Shown: positions 1-8,048 of the stretch, piece by piece
Layout of the letters: the number at the start of each line of letters is the position of its first letter
How positions within the stretch are numbered: position 1 is the first letter of the stretch
Assembly (NCBI GenBank): GCA_943788915.1
Contig: CALSSD010000005.1
Coordinates: 682,001-713,681, forward strand
Direction of reading: 5' to 3'
DNA length: 31,681 bases
Origin: an uncultured Acidimicrobiales bacterium
GTDB lineage: Bacteria > Actinomycetota > Acidimicrobiia > Acidimicrobiales > UBA10347
Position numbers and translations under genes: made by a program
Notes under the pieces: model-generated
The model's input: only the letters and a program-made list of their open reading frames with translations
The model's database searches: none
Told to the model about the DNA's origin: nothing

Positions 1-26
1 CAAATGGCTCTCGCGAGGAACTTATT

Positions 27-410
27 ATGATTCGTAAAATGCTGACAGTCACTACTGTCATCGCAGCTCTTTTGTTGAGCGTTCTGTCTTTCGGTGGTCT
101 CACCGCTGACGCTGGTCCTACGTGCAGCTACGAGCAGGCCATCAACTCAGAGTGCGCCGACGCCCAAGCTTACCCTGGCCCGTTCACCAACATGCCTGCA
201 TCTCCTACTGGGCCTTACGGTCTGGGCACACTTAACCCAGCTGCTGGTGCGGCCCCTGCAGCTCCTGCTGCCAGTGACGGGGTTGCTGGTCTGGCTCAAA
301 CCGGTAGCGAAAGCGCTGTCCTCGCATACGCCGGTGCCGGCCTCATCGCCTTCGGCGCGGTAGCTCTCGGCAGCCGTCGCAGGTTCTTCCAAGGTACGCT
401 CGAAGTCTGA
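27..410 (+). CDS. Small secreted, sortase-anchored protein (LAXTG sorting signal)
   Basis: GAGGA RBS at 15-19; N-terminal signal peptide (MIRK, hydrophobic stretch, ADA); C-terminal LAQTG, hydrophobic segment and RRR tail. Confidence 0.8.
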   Translation: MIRKMLTVTTVIAALLLSVLSFGGLTADAGPTCSYEQAINSECADAQAYPGPFTNMPASPTGPYGLGTLNPAAGAAPAAPAASDGVAGLAQTGSESAVLAYAGAGLIAFGAVALGSRRRFFQGTLEV

Positions 411-447
411 GCGTGTGCGCTGACGTAACGTAAGTTGCGTCGATCTT

Positions 448-500
448 CAAGAAACCCTCGAAGCTGACGACGGTCAGCAACGGGGGTTTCTTGCCGTTTT
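448..500 (+). terminator. Intrinsic terminator after the LAXTG protein gene
   Basis: CAAGAAACCCTCG..GCTGAC-GACG-GTCAGC..CGGGGGTTTCTTG stem followed by CCGTTTT. Confidence 0.65.
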
Positions 501-544
501 GCGCTGAAATTCACGCCCAGCTAGTTGTGCGGACCATCACTCCA

Positions 545-580
545 ACTGACTGCCTGCACCTGCTGGTGCAGGCAGTCAGT
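545..580. repeat. Perfect 16-bp inverted repeat
   Basis: ACTGACTGCCTGCACC-TGCT-GGTGCAGGCAGTCAGT. Confidence 0.85.
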
Positions 581-710
581 GTCGTTCTACGTAGAGATCA
601 GGATCTCTACATCTGCAGCGGCGAACGAGAAGAGCCGACGGAAGCGCGGGACCCAGATACAGGGGAAACAAGGTCCGACGAAGGCCGGCGGCAGACGAGC
701 GGTGCACCAC

Positions 711-732
711 TGTCGCACCTCCGTGCCATGAT
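711..732 (+). promoter_or_regulatory. PafBC/RecA-NDp-like promoter upstream of dnaB
   Basis: TGTCGC-N10-CATGAT versus consensus TGTCGG-N10-TANNNT; a near-identical motif lies upstream of rpsF. Confidence 0.5.
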
Positions 733-738
733 GAGCGG

Positions 739-923
739 TGTGGATCCCAACGTTGACGAGTTACACCCAAAAAACTGGACCTCGAGACTTTCCACATACG
801 GCTGTGCAAATTCCCCATCTCGACCACCACAATCCCCATTTCATGGGGTTGTATCCCCTTTTGCCTTATGGGTTTTCCCCTCTTATCTGTGGAAATCAAC
901 AGGCAATCCACTACTGATCCACA
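739..923. promoter_or_regulatory. Cluster of degenerate DnaA-box-like 9-mers upstream of dnaB
   Basis: TGTGGATCC 739-747, CTTTCCACA 788-796, TGTGGAAAT 888-896 and TGATCCACA 915-923 in a locally AT-richer tract. Confidence 0.45.
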
Positions 924-947
924 GCCAAACGCGGGCAAGGTGGAGCA

Positions 948-2330
948 GTGAATCAGCCTGTTGAGAACTACGGCACGTCGAGCAACGTTCGACCCATGCC
1001 CGTGCCCGTCACCGCCAAGGTGCCGCCACAAAACATCGAAGCCGAAGCCTCGTTGCTCGGTGCCATGCTGCTCACCGTCGACGCCATTATCGACGCCACC
1101 CAGATCGTCGAAGCCGGCCATTTCTACAAGCCAGTGCATCAATCGATCTTCTCGGCCATCACCTCGTTGTACGGTCAGGGCGAAGCTGTCGACGTCATCA
1201 CGGTCAACGATGAACTCAAGCGTGCCGGCGTCGATGATTCGGTCGCCAACACCGGTGCCCTCATGTCATTGTCCGCTGGCACACCAGCGGCGACCAATGC
1301 ATCCCACTACGCCCGGATCGTCTACGAACACGCGATTTTGCGCTCGCTGATCACCACGGCCCATGAAATTGCCGAGATTGGCTACTCCCAACCCGTGGAT
1401 GTCCAGCAGGCAGTCGACGAGGCCGAAACCATGGTCTTTAATGTCGCTCAGGGCCGGGTCACCGACTCCATGGCGTTCATGCATGACCTACTGGGCGAAA
1501 CCCTCGATGACATCGAGGCGCTGTATGACCGAGGCGATGCCATTACCGGAACGCCGACTGGTTTCATCGATCTCGACGAACTCACTGCGGGACTGCAGCC
1601 GAGCAGCCTCATTGTTGTCGGCGCTCGCCCGGCAATGGGAAAGACCAGCTTTGCGCTCAACATCGTGGCTCATGCTTCGATGGTTGAACAACGACCGGTT
1701 CTGCTGTTCTCACTTGAAATGAGCAAACTTGAGCTCAGCAAACGCATGCTGGTCTCCGAGGCCAAGGTCGACGCCACCAGCATCCGCAATGGCCGTCTCA
1801 AGGACGAGGATTGGACCAAATTGGCCCAGGCGATGGGACGACTTGGTAAAGCCCAACTATGGATCGACGATGACCCGAACATCACCGTCATGGATATCCG
1901 AGCCAAGGCTCGGCGGTTGAAGAGCAAGGTTGGCGATATGGGTATGGTCGTCGTCGACTATTTGCAGCTCATGTCGGGCCGAGCCAGCGCAGAAAACCGT
2001 CAGGTCGAGATCTCCGAGATCAGCCGTGGTCTGAAGATCCTTGCCCGTGAACTTGAGTGCCCGGTGATAGCGCTTTCGCAGCTGTCTCGTGGCCTCGAAC
2101 AACGCACCGACAAGCGACCCATGCTTGCTGACCTTCGTGAATCAGGCGCGATCGAGCAGGACGCCGACATCGTGATGTTCCTGTATCGCGACGAGATCTA
2201 CAACCCCGACAGCGCCGATAAAGGCCAGGCCGAAGTCCTGATCGCCAAACATCGTGCTGGCCCTACCGGAGTGGTTCGCCTTGCGTGGCTCGGCCACCAG
2301 ACCCGGTTCGCCAATATGGCACGCACCTAA
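948..2330 (+). CDS. dnaB: Replicative DNA helicase DnaB
   Basis: PPQNIEAEASLLG N-terminus, Walker A GARPAMGKT, FSLEMS, VVDYLQLM, LSQLSR, DLRESGAIEQDAD; no intein-sized insertion. Confidence 0.98.
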   Translation: MNQPVENYGTSSNVRPMPVPVTAKVPPQNIEAEASLLGAMLLTVDAIIDATQIVEAGHFYKPVHQSIFSAITSLYGQGEAVDVITVNDELKRAGVDDSVANTGALMSLSAGTPAATNASHYARIVYEHAILRSLITTAHEIAEIGYSQPVDVQQAVDEAETMVFNVAQGRVTDSMAFMHDLLGETLDDIEALYDRGDAITGTPTGFIDLDELTAGLQPSSLIVVGARPAMGKTSFALNIVAHASMVEQRPVLLFSLEMSKLELSKRMLVSEAKVDATSIRNGRLKDEDWTKLAQAMGRLGKAQLWIDDDPNITVMDIRAKARRLKSKVGDMGMVVVDYLQLMSGRASAENRQVEISEISRGLKILARELECPVIALSQLSRGLEQRTDKRPMLADLRESGAIEQDADIVMFLYRDEIYNPDSADKGQAEVLIAKHRAGPTGVVRLAWLGHQTRFANMART

Positions 2331-2340
2331 CAGCTCGCCC

Positions 2341-2346
2341 TACAAT
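2341..2346 (+). promoter_or_regulatory. Candidate -10 element TACAAT
   Basis: Near-consensus -10 hexamer 10 nt after the dnaB stop, ahead of a structured non-coding tract. Confidence 0.4.
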
Positions 2347-2352
2347 GGCCTC

Positions 2353-2575
2353 TCGCAGACCTCGGGGCCGATACTGCCCACGAGTGTGCACCGGCCACTG
2401 CGAAGTGGTGAGCGGGCCCCGAGGCTTACTACCGCAGCTTTGGGTAGGCATCTGCTGCGGCGCATCACCGGGGAAGGGCCTGCGTGCCCGATGCTCCCGG
2501 CTCCAACAGCACAAGTACCTGCGGTTTGTCGCCGATAGCAGGATCAGAACGGATCGAGCGTCGGCCGCTGACCTC
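2353..2575 (+). ncRNA. Candidate structured non-coding RNA or long leader (family not recognised)
   Basis: 10-bp stem 2360-2369/2415-2424, GCCACT-GCGA-AGTGGT GNRA hairpin, CCGCAGC/GCTGCGG stem 2432-2460 and further stems; overlapping ORFs do not look like real proteins. Confidence 0.35.
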
Positions 2576-2607
2576 TAACGCAGAAAGGCTGAGTACGCTT
2601 CTTTTCG

Positions 2608-2898
2608 ATGATCTTCGGAGAGAATCTGCTGGCGCTACTTGTGCTTGCTATCGGCGCAGCGTTGGCATTCGGCAATCTCATGGCGCTGCTGCGGCCGCGA
2701 CCTGAGCATGAGCGCAGCGAAGACGAACTTGCACGACCCCCTCTTGGTCGATCACTCATGATGATCGTGTTTGGGTTGTTGGCCGCAATCTGGGCGCTGG
2801 CAAGCCTTATCAACGCTGACGAAGCTGACTCCGCACCTGTTGCTGTGTCCATGGCGAGCGAATTCGTCATCACAACTCACTTGGCAGCACCCGCTTAA
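2608..2898 (+). CDS. Small membrane protein with two TM helices
   Basis: Two hydrophobic segments separated by a charged loop; possible leaderless -10 TACGCT at 2594-2599. Confidence 0.75.
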   Translation: MIFGENLLALLVLAIGAALAFGNLMALLRPRPEHERSEDELARPPLGRSLMMIVFGLLAAIWALASLINADEADSAPVAVSMASEFVITTHLAAPA

Positions 2899-2982
2899 CA
2901 TCAGCCAGGCACTCCCCCACCGACCACGCCAGACCCCCAAAAGCAGCACACCCAGGCTGCACGCCGGCCCTGAACACACCCG

Positions 2983-3023
2983 AAAACGGCGACGGCCCGC
3001 CTGGTGAGAGGCGGGCCGCGTCG
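2983..3023 (-). terminator. Terminator of the rpsF-ssb-rpsR-rplI operon (likely bidirectional)
   Basis: CGGCCCGCCT-GGTGAG-AGGCGGGCCG 10-bp stem with a TTTT run downstream on the minus strand. Confidence 0.7.
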
Positions 3024-3055
3024 ATTGTGTACAGAGCAAATGCTCTGTGAAGGTT

Positions 3056-3505
3056 TCAGGCTTCGTCGGAAATGACCGAAACGCTGATAGCCATCTTGAC
3101 CTCAGGGTGCAACACGAGCGTCACGGAGTGATCGCCGAGTTCCTTGATGGGTTCATCCATGGCAACGACCCGACGGTCGAGCTCGAGGCCAGCGTGAGCG
3201 GCTGCTGCGATGATCTCGGTAGGACCAACCGAACCGAACAAACGACCTTCGTCGCTGGCTCGGGCTGCGATAACCATTGGTGTTGCACCAATACGTTGTG
3301 CGAGTGCATTAGCTGCATCACGACTTTGTGCGTTGCGCTGGTCTTCGACACGGCGCATAGCAATAGCCTCGGCTTCGGCGCCGGGGGTAGCTCGCATGGC
3401 CAGACCCTGTGGGATCAGGTAGTTGCGGCTGTAACCATCGGCAACATCGAGAACTTCGCCTCGTTTGCCGAGTCCATCAACATTGTCGCGGAGAACGATC
3501 TTCAT
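3056..3505 (-). CDS. rplI: 50S ribosomal protein L9
   Basis: LGKRGEVLDVADGYSRNYLIPQG, GRLFGSVG, PIKELG; follows rpsR with a TAATG overlap. Confidence 0.97.
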   Translation of the reverse strand: MKIVLRDNVDGLGKRGEVLDVADGYSRNYLIPQGLAMRATPGAEAEAIAMRRVEDQRNAQSRDAANALAQRIGATPMVIAARASDEGRLFGSVGPTEIIAAAAHAGLELDRRVVAMDEPIKELGDHSVTLVLHPEVKMAISVSVISDEA

Positions 3506-3933
3506 TATTCGCCCTCCGTGGCTTCGACCTCGGTGTTGGTTGCGTCGGTTTCAGTGGCATCGTCGCCCTCGGCACCAGGACCTGGCGGAGGACCGCTCGG
3601 ACGTGGTGCTGGACCATCGGCCCGGCCGCCACGTTCATTGTCACGACGGTTGCCACCACGCTGGGTGGTAACACGGTTGGTGTACGGAACGAGCGCCATT
3701 TCGCGAGCGTTCTTGATCGCACGGGCGATCTCGCGCTGCTGCTGGGTGTCGTTGCCGGTGACACGACGAGCCCGGATTTTTGCCCGGTCACTCATGAACC
3801 GTCGAAGGACGTTGACGTCCTTGTAATCGACGTACTCAATTTTTTCTTGTGTAAGTACAGAAACCTTCTTTTTACCGCGATGTGGTTTATCGCGTGGTTT
3901 CATCGTGCGCTTTGGCTTACCTCGGCCGGCCAT
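3505..3933 (-). CDS. rpsR: 30S ribosomal protein S18 (Cys-less, C-terminally extended)
   Basis: [26 protein letters not shown]...[13 protein letters not shown]; operon position. Confidence 0.96.
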   Translation of the reverse strand: MAGRGKPKRTMKPRDKPHRGKKKVSVLTQEKIEYVDYKDVNVLRRFMSDRAKIRARRVTGNDTQQQREIARAIKNAREMALVPYTNRVTTQRGGNRRDNERGGRADGPAPRPSGPPPGPGAEGDDATETDATNTEVEATEGE

Positions 3934-4440
3934 TAGAAGGGCTCCTCGTCGTAGTTGTAATCCTGCTGTGGTGCAGGTGCTGCTGCTGGTGCCGCCTGCT
4001 GAGGTGGCTGGTTCTGCATGGGGGCGCCGCCGCCACCACTGAAGTTGCCGCCACCGCCGCCGCCACCGCCGAAGTTGTCGTCGCGTGGGTTACGAGCGAC
4101 TTCGACTGATGCCCAGCGAAGGCTCGGGGAGACTTCATCTGCGGTGATTTCGATTTTGCTGCGCTTTCTCGCCCTGGGGTGTTTCCCATGAGCGCTGGTC
4201 GAGACGACCTTCCACAATGACGCGAACGCCCTTGGTGATCGACGCGGCAACGTTGTCGGCCAAAGTGCCCCAACACACGATGTCGAAGAAGTTGACGTCT
4301 TCGACTTGTTGACCGTTGCGTTCATAGCGACGGTTCCATGCGATGGAGAAGTTGGTGACCGAAGCGCCGCTAGGGGTGTAGCGAAGCTCAGGATCACGGG
4401 TCACGTTGCCAACGACTTGTACGTTGTTTCCGAATGCCAT
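3933..4440 (-). CDS. ssb: Single-stranded DNA-binding protein, split by one extra base near 4165-4167 (probable sequencing error)
   Basis: N-half [32 protein letters not shown] continues in another frame as [26 protein letters not shown] where GAGAAGCGC is expected. Confidence 0.93.
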
Positions 4441-4453
4441 TAGATGCTTCCTC

Positions 4454-4783
4454 TCAGGATGCGGTACCGATCAAGCCGCGTTTTTCGGCTTCGTGATCGG
4501 GGAGACGCAGGAGTTTGTGGCGGACGACATCGTCCGCAAGCCGGAGTGCCCGGTCAAGATCGTTGATAAACGACCCGTTCTCTGAGATCAACTCGAGGAC
4601 GAGGTAGTAACCCTCGACCTTGTGATCGATCTCATAAGCAAACTTGCGTCGACCCCACCAATCGTTCTTTTCGATTGATGCACCGAACTCTTCTGCTGAA
4701 GCAGAAACACGGTTCGACGCCTGAGCAGCGTTGGAATCATCGAGATCGCCATCAAAGATGACCATCAATTCATATGCTCGCAT
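4454..4783 (-). CDS. rpsF: 30S ribosomal protein S6
   Basis: MRAYELMVI, WGRRKFAYEIDHKVEGYY; GGAGG RBS at 4794-4790. Confidence 0.97.
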   Translation of the reverse strand: MRAYELMVIFDGDLDDSNAAQASNRVSASAEEFGASIEKNDWWGRRKFAYEIDHKVEGYYLVLELISENGSFINDLDRALRLADDVVRHKLLRLPDHEAEKRGLIGTAS

Positions 4784-4785
4784 GA

Positions 4786-4842
4786 GCAACCTCCCTCTGG
4801 ACCTGAAAACAGGGTTGTGGACTTCACAACAGGGTCAAGATG
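4786..4842 (-). promoter_or_regulatory. Putative S6:S18 ribosomal leader (autoregulatory RNA)
   Basis: Minus strand ACCCTG-TTGTG-AAGTC-CACAA-CCC...AGGGAGG: hairpin followed by a CC motif, with an upstream CCCT able to pair with the SD; position matches the known leader. Confidence 0.45.
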
Positions 4843-4891
4843 TAACCGTGCAACGATAACGGCGCTGATACATGTTTGCCTCACTCCATCC

Positions 4892-4913
4892 ATAATGACA
4901 GACGGGTGCGACA
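4892..4913 (-). promoter_or_regulatory. PafBC/RecA-NDp-like promoter upstream of rpsF-ssb operon
   Basis: Minus strand TGTCGC-N10-CATTAT. Confidence 0.5.
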
Positions 4914-4919
4914 GAGTCG

Positions 4920-4987
4920 CCGCTCGTCTTCGGCTGCTCCAGGCATTCGCTTGACCGATACAACCCGTGCAACGCCGCCGCTCGCCC
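4920..4987. repeat. Degenerate solo copy of the 92-bp repeat unit found at 27919-28260
   Basis: CCGCTCGTCTTCGGCTGCTCCAGGCATTCGC matches 27929-27959 at 28/31, with weaker similarity continuing. Confidence 0.75.
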
Positions 4988-5102
4988 AGCCTTCGTCGGA
5001 CCCTTCGCCAACCCAACTCCACCAGCCGTCGTCCCTCCGGCCTACACACAACGCCCAACGAGTCCCCGGGACCCCAGACTCGAGAAACCCAGACTCGGGA
5101 AA

Positions 5103-5149
5103 CTCAGACAGCGTTTCGGTGAGGAACGAGCTGAAACCCGAACTACCCG
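5103..5149. repeat. Dispersed 47-bp hairpin element, copy A
   Basis: 40/47 identical to 22088-22134; preceded by short CCAGACTCG direct repeats at 5074-5097. Confidence 0.75.
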
Positions 5150-5151
5150 GT

Positions 5152-6000
5152 CTACCCGCCGTAGAGGCCTAGGGCTTCGACTTGATCATCGGCGATGTGG
5201 AAACTCTCGCTGTCGTCGGGGAACGAACCAGATCGCACATCGGCCACATACGCACTGATGCCAGCGATGCCGTTGGCTTTGAGATTGGCGTACTGTCGCA
5301 CAAACTTAGGTACGAAGTCGTCCTGCATTCCCAATAGGTCATGCAACACCAGCACTTGGCCATCGCACCCCGGGCCAGCGCCAATGCCAACAGTTGGGAT
5401 GTCGAGTGCAGCAGTGACCAGATCACCGACCTCGCGGGGCACACCTTCGAGCACAATCGCAAAGCAGCCTGCGGATTGCAGCGCCTTGGCTTCGTCGACC
5501 AGGAAGTGGGCTGCCTCGGCACTTTTGCCCTGAATCCGGAAGCCACCCATTGCGTGCACCGACTGCGGCGTAAGCCCGATATGGCCCATGACCGGGATCT
5601 GGGCATCGACCATTGCAGCGATCATTGGAACACGTCTGGTGCCGCCTTCGAGTTTGATGGCGCCAGCGCCCGCTCGGATCAGCTTGGCAGCGTTACGCAC
5701 GGTGTCTTCGACAGATACGTGGTAGCTCATCCATGGCAGGTCGCCCACGATCAGCTGTTTTGGTTTGGCTCGGGCAACAGCAGCTGTGTGATGGGCCATG
5801 TCGTCGACCGTGACCGACAGGGTGTCGCTGTAGCCGAGTACGACCATGGCCAGGGAGTCTCCGACCAGGATCATGTCGGCGTCGGTCTCGCCGATCATGC
5901 ATCCCGATGGATAGTCAGCTGCAGTGACCATCACGATCGGTTTTGCTCCGTTTGCGACCTTGCGTGAGATCAACGCGGGCGCCGTCAGCCGCTTCGCCAT
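5152..6000 (-). CDS. panB: 3-methyl-2-oxobutanoate hydroxymethyltransferase
   Basis: ILVGDSLAMVVLG, DLPWMSY, KLEGG, GHIGLTPQS, IGIGAG-like VGIGAG, DGQVLVLHDLLG; AAGGAG RBS. Confidence 0.97.
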   Translation of the reverse strand: MAKRLTAPALISRKVANGAKPIVMVTAADYPSGCMIGETDADMILVGDSLAMVVLGYSDTLSVTVDDMAHHTAAVARAKPKQLIVGDLPWMSYHVSVEDTVRNAAKLIRAGAGAIKLEGGTRRVPMIAAMVDAQIPVMGHIGLTPQSVHAMGGFRIQGKSAEAAHFLVDEAKALQSAGCFAIVLEGVPREVGDLVTAALDIPTVGIGAGPGCDGQVLVLHDLLGMQDDFVPKFVRQYANLKANGIAGISAYVADVRSGSFPDDSESFHIADDQVEALGLYGG

Positions 6001-6097
6001 CCCGGTTCTCCTTGCTGCACATTCCTGTGCGTCGATGCAACACCGCCAGACGCCTTGTGGCCGCCCGCCGTTGCAACGATCTTATGCTGCCGCATTG

Positions 6098-6535
6098 CTA
6101 GTCGGGATCGCTGGTCGATTCGGTAGCCGGGTTCGGCTCCTGGGACTCGGCTGACCGTTCGAGCGTGGACCGCCGCAGGAGATGGTTCCAGCTACAGGCC
6201 TGACAGACTTCGACGATGTAGGCGACGTGTGTGCCTGGCCGTTTCGCCAGTCGAGCGAGTTCACCTCGGAGGCTTATGCATCGGCCGTATTTCGGTAGCC
6301 GGGGACCGAACACGTAGGTGACATGCACCAGTTTGGCTCGTTCACAGATCGGGCAATCCCCCTGGACTTCACGACCTACGGCACGAGCTGCTCGCACCAG
6401 TTCTGGGTGGGCCTCGCAGACGTCGGCGAGATCCAATACCCCGCCGCGAAAATCGGCCAGCACCGACGCGCGGGCGAGCCGATAGTCGACATGGCCTTCG
6501 GAGCTACTCGTGGCAGCCGGCGGTACGCGAAACAC
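6098..6535 (-). CDS. DUF5318-family putative zinc-binding protein (start uncertain)
   Basis: DYRLARASVL, VCEAHPELVRAA, CPIC, YIVEVCQACSWNHL; typical actinobacterial neighbour of the rpsF region. Confidence 0.75.
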   Translation of the reverse strand: MFRVPPAATSSSEGHVDYRLARASVLADFRGGVLDLADVCEAHPELVRAARAVGREVQGDCPICERAKLVHVTYVFGPRLPKYGRCISLRGELARLAKRPGTHVAYIVEVCQACSWNHLLRRSTLERSAESQEPNPATESTSDPD

Positions 6536-6773
6536 AGCACTAACGATCGTAGATCGTTCGTCGCCAATCGCGCCTACGTGATGCCTAACACGCCGTCTCT
6601 CTGCGGGGTACGACACAGAAACTTCTGGCAATCGTGGCGGAAAGTACGTGGTCGGTCGGGGGCAGAACGACGGATATCACCAGATCTGCGGGGCGGACGC
6701 GACTGTCGGCTGCCGTTCGTGCACTGATCGACTCACGGTCGTTTCTCGCTTTCCCAGCCACAACATTTGCTGG

Positions 6774-8048
6774 TCAGGCGGTTGGGTGATCTGCCCACCA
6801 CGAGGCGAGTCGGGCCTGTTGGTCCTCAGCGTCGAGCGGGCCGTGAGCGAAGTAACAGTCCTTCAGGAACTTCTGCGCATGGCCGATCGCTGGACCTGGC
6901 GGCATGTCGAGCACCGACATGATCGTTTCGCCTCCGAGGAACGTGACCGCGCCGGGATCTTCACGATCGATCAAGTCGTGCACCGCGTCGTCAAACGCTG
7001 CTACCCGAGATGGGTCATCGGCAAACACTGCGGCGAGCGATAAGGCACTCGACCGATCTTCGCAGCCGTCGACCCACCGACGGACGGTCTCGTCGTCGGC
7101 CGTCATCGCCTGAAGCACCTCGATCGCCGATCGACTCATGCGCACAATCCGGCGTTCGTCATCTCGCGCCAACCGGAGCCGATCACACATGGCCTGCACG
7201 CCGTCGACGGTCGTGAACACGCTGATGCCGATAGCCGCCAATCGCTGATGCCAGTCGGCCGGCAACCGGTCAGCCACCTCGATCGCAGCGTCTAACGCTG
7301 GGTTCACGACATCGATGAGCGCCGGTTGGCCATAACTGAGTACCTCGGCTAGAGACCCGGTGTCAGCGAGGAAACGCAACCCGATGTGGGCCGCTTCCAG
7401 GCTGAGTAGTCGTCGTAGTTCAACGCCGATGCGTTCGATGGCGACGATCCGCAGGCGCGTGTGCAGGCGGGTGGCCGAGTCGATGAGTTCTTCGTCGGGA
7501 ACAAGGGAGAACTTGGTGGCGAACCGAGCCGCTCGCAACATGCGCAATGGGTCGTCGGTGAACGAGACATCGGCGCTCAACGGAGTGCGCAATAACCGGG
7601 CGGAGAGGTCGTGAGCGCCGCCGTATGGGTCGACGAGGTCGCCACCTGGCAGCTCGATGGCCATCGCGTTGACCGTGAAGTCACGACGCGACAGGTCGAC
7701 ATCGATGACGTCACCGAAACTCACTATCGGCTTGCGCGAATCGCTGGTGTACGTCTCGGCCCGATGGGTCGTGATTTCAAAGTCGCGTCCGCTGGATCGA
7801 AGGCCAATCGTGCCGAACTTCTCGCCTTGTGTCCACAGGTCCTCGGCGAACGGCGCCACGATCCGTTTGATCTCGGCCGGTAGGGCATCGGTTGTCAGAT
7901 CGATGTCGCTGCTTGCGATGAGTGGTTCGTCAAGCCACTGATCGCGCACGATGCCGCCGACGAGAAAGAGGCGATAGCCCGCGTCGGCAAACAGCCTGCC
8001 GAGTTCCTCGACCTCGTTCAGCACATCGTCGAGATAGGTGAACGTCAT
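6774..8048 (-). CDS. cca: CCA tRNA nucleotidyltransferase (class II)
   Basis: LVGGIVRD, DIDLTT, RRDFTVNAMA, DDPLRMLRAARF, PPGPAIG C-terminus. Confidence 0.9.
   Translation of the reverse strand: MTFTYLDDVLNEVEELGRLFADAGYRLFLVGGIVRDQWLDEPLIASSDIDLTTDALPAEIKRIVAPFAEDLWTQGEKFGTIGLRSSGRDFEITTHRAETYTSDSRKPIVSFGDVIDVDLSRRDFTVNAMAIELPGGDLVDPYGGAHDLSARLLRTPLSADVSFTDDPLRMLRAARFATKFSLVPDEELIDSATRLHTRLRIVAIERIGVELRRLLSLEAAHIGLRFLADTGSLAEVLSYGQPALIDVVNPALDAAIEVADRLPADWHQRLAAIGISVFTTVDGVQAMCDRLRLARDDERRIVRMSRSAIEVLQAMTADDETVRRWVDGCEDRSSALSLAAVFADDPSRVAAFDDAVHDLIDREDPGAVTFLGGETIMSVLDMPPGPAIGHAQKFLKDCYFAHGPLDAEDQQARLASWWADHPTA

Noticed and set aside
739..947. Calling this region oriC
   Set aside because: No dnaA or dnaN adjacent, the boxes are degenerate, and GC skew cannot be assessed from this window
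491..964. 157-aa ORF upstream of dnaB
   Set aside because: No RBS or motifs, and it runs through palindromes and DnaA-box-like sequence
948..2330. Intein in DnaB
   Set aside because: 460 aa with contiguous helicase motifs and no insertion
4160..4172. Programmed frameshift in ssb
   Set aside because: No canonical slippery heptamer or stimulatory structure; other single-base insertions in the window point to sequencing error
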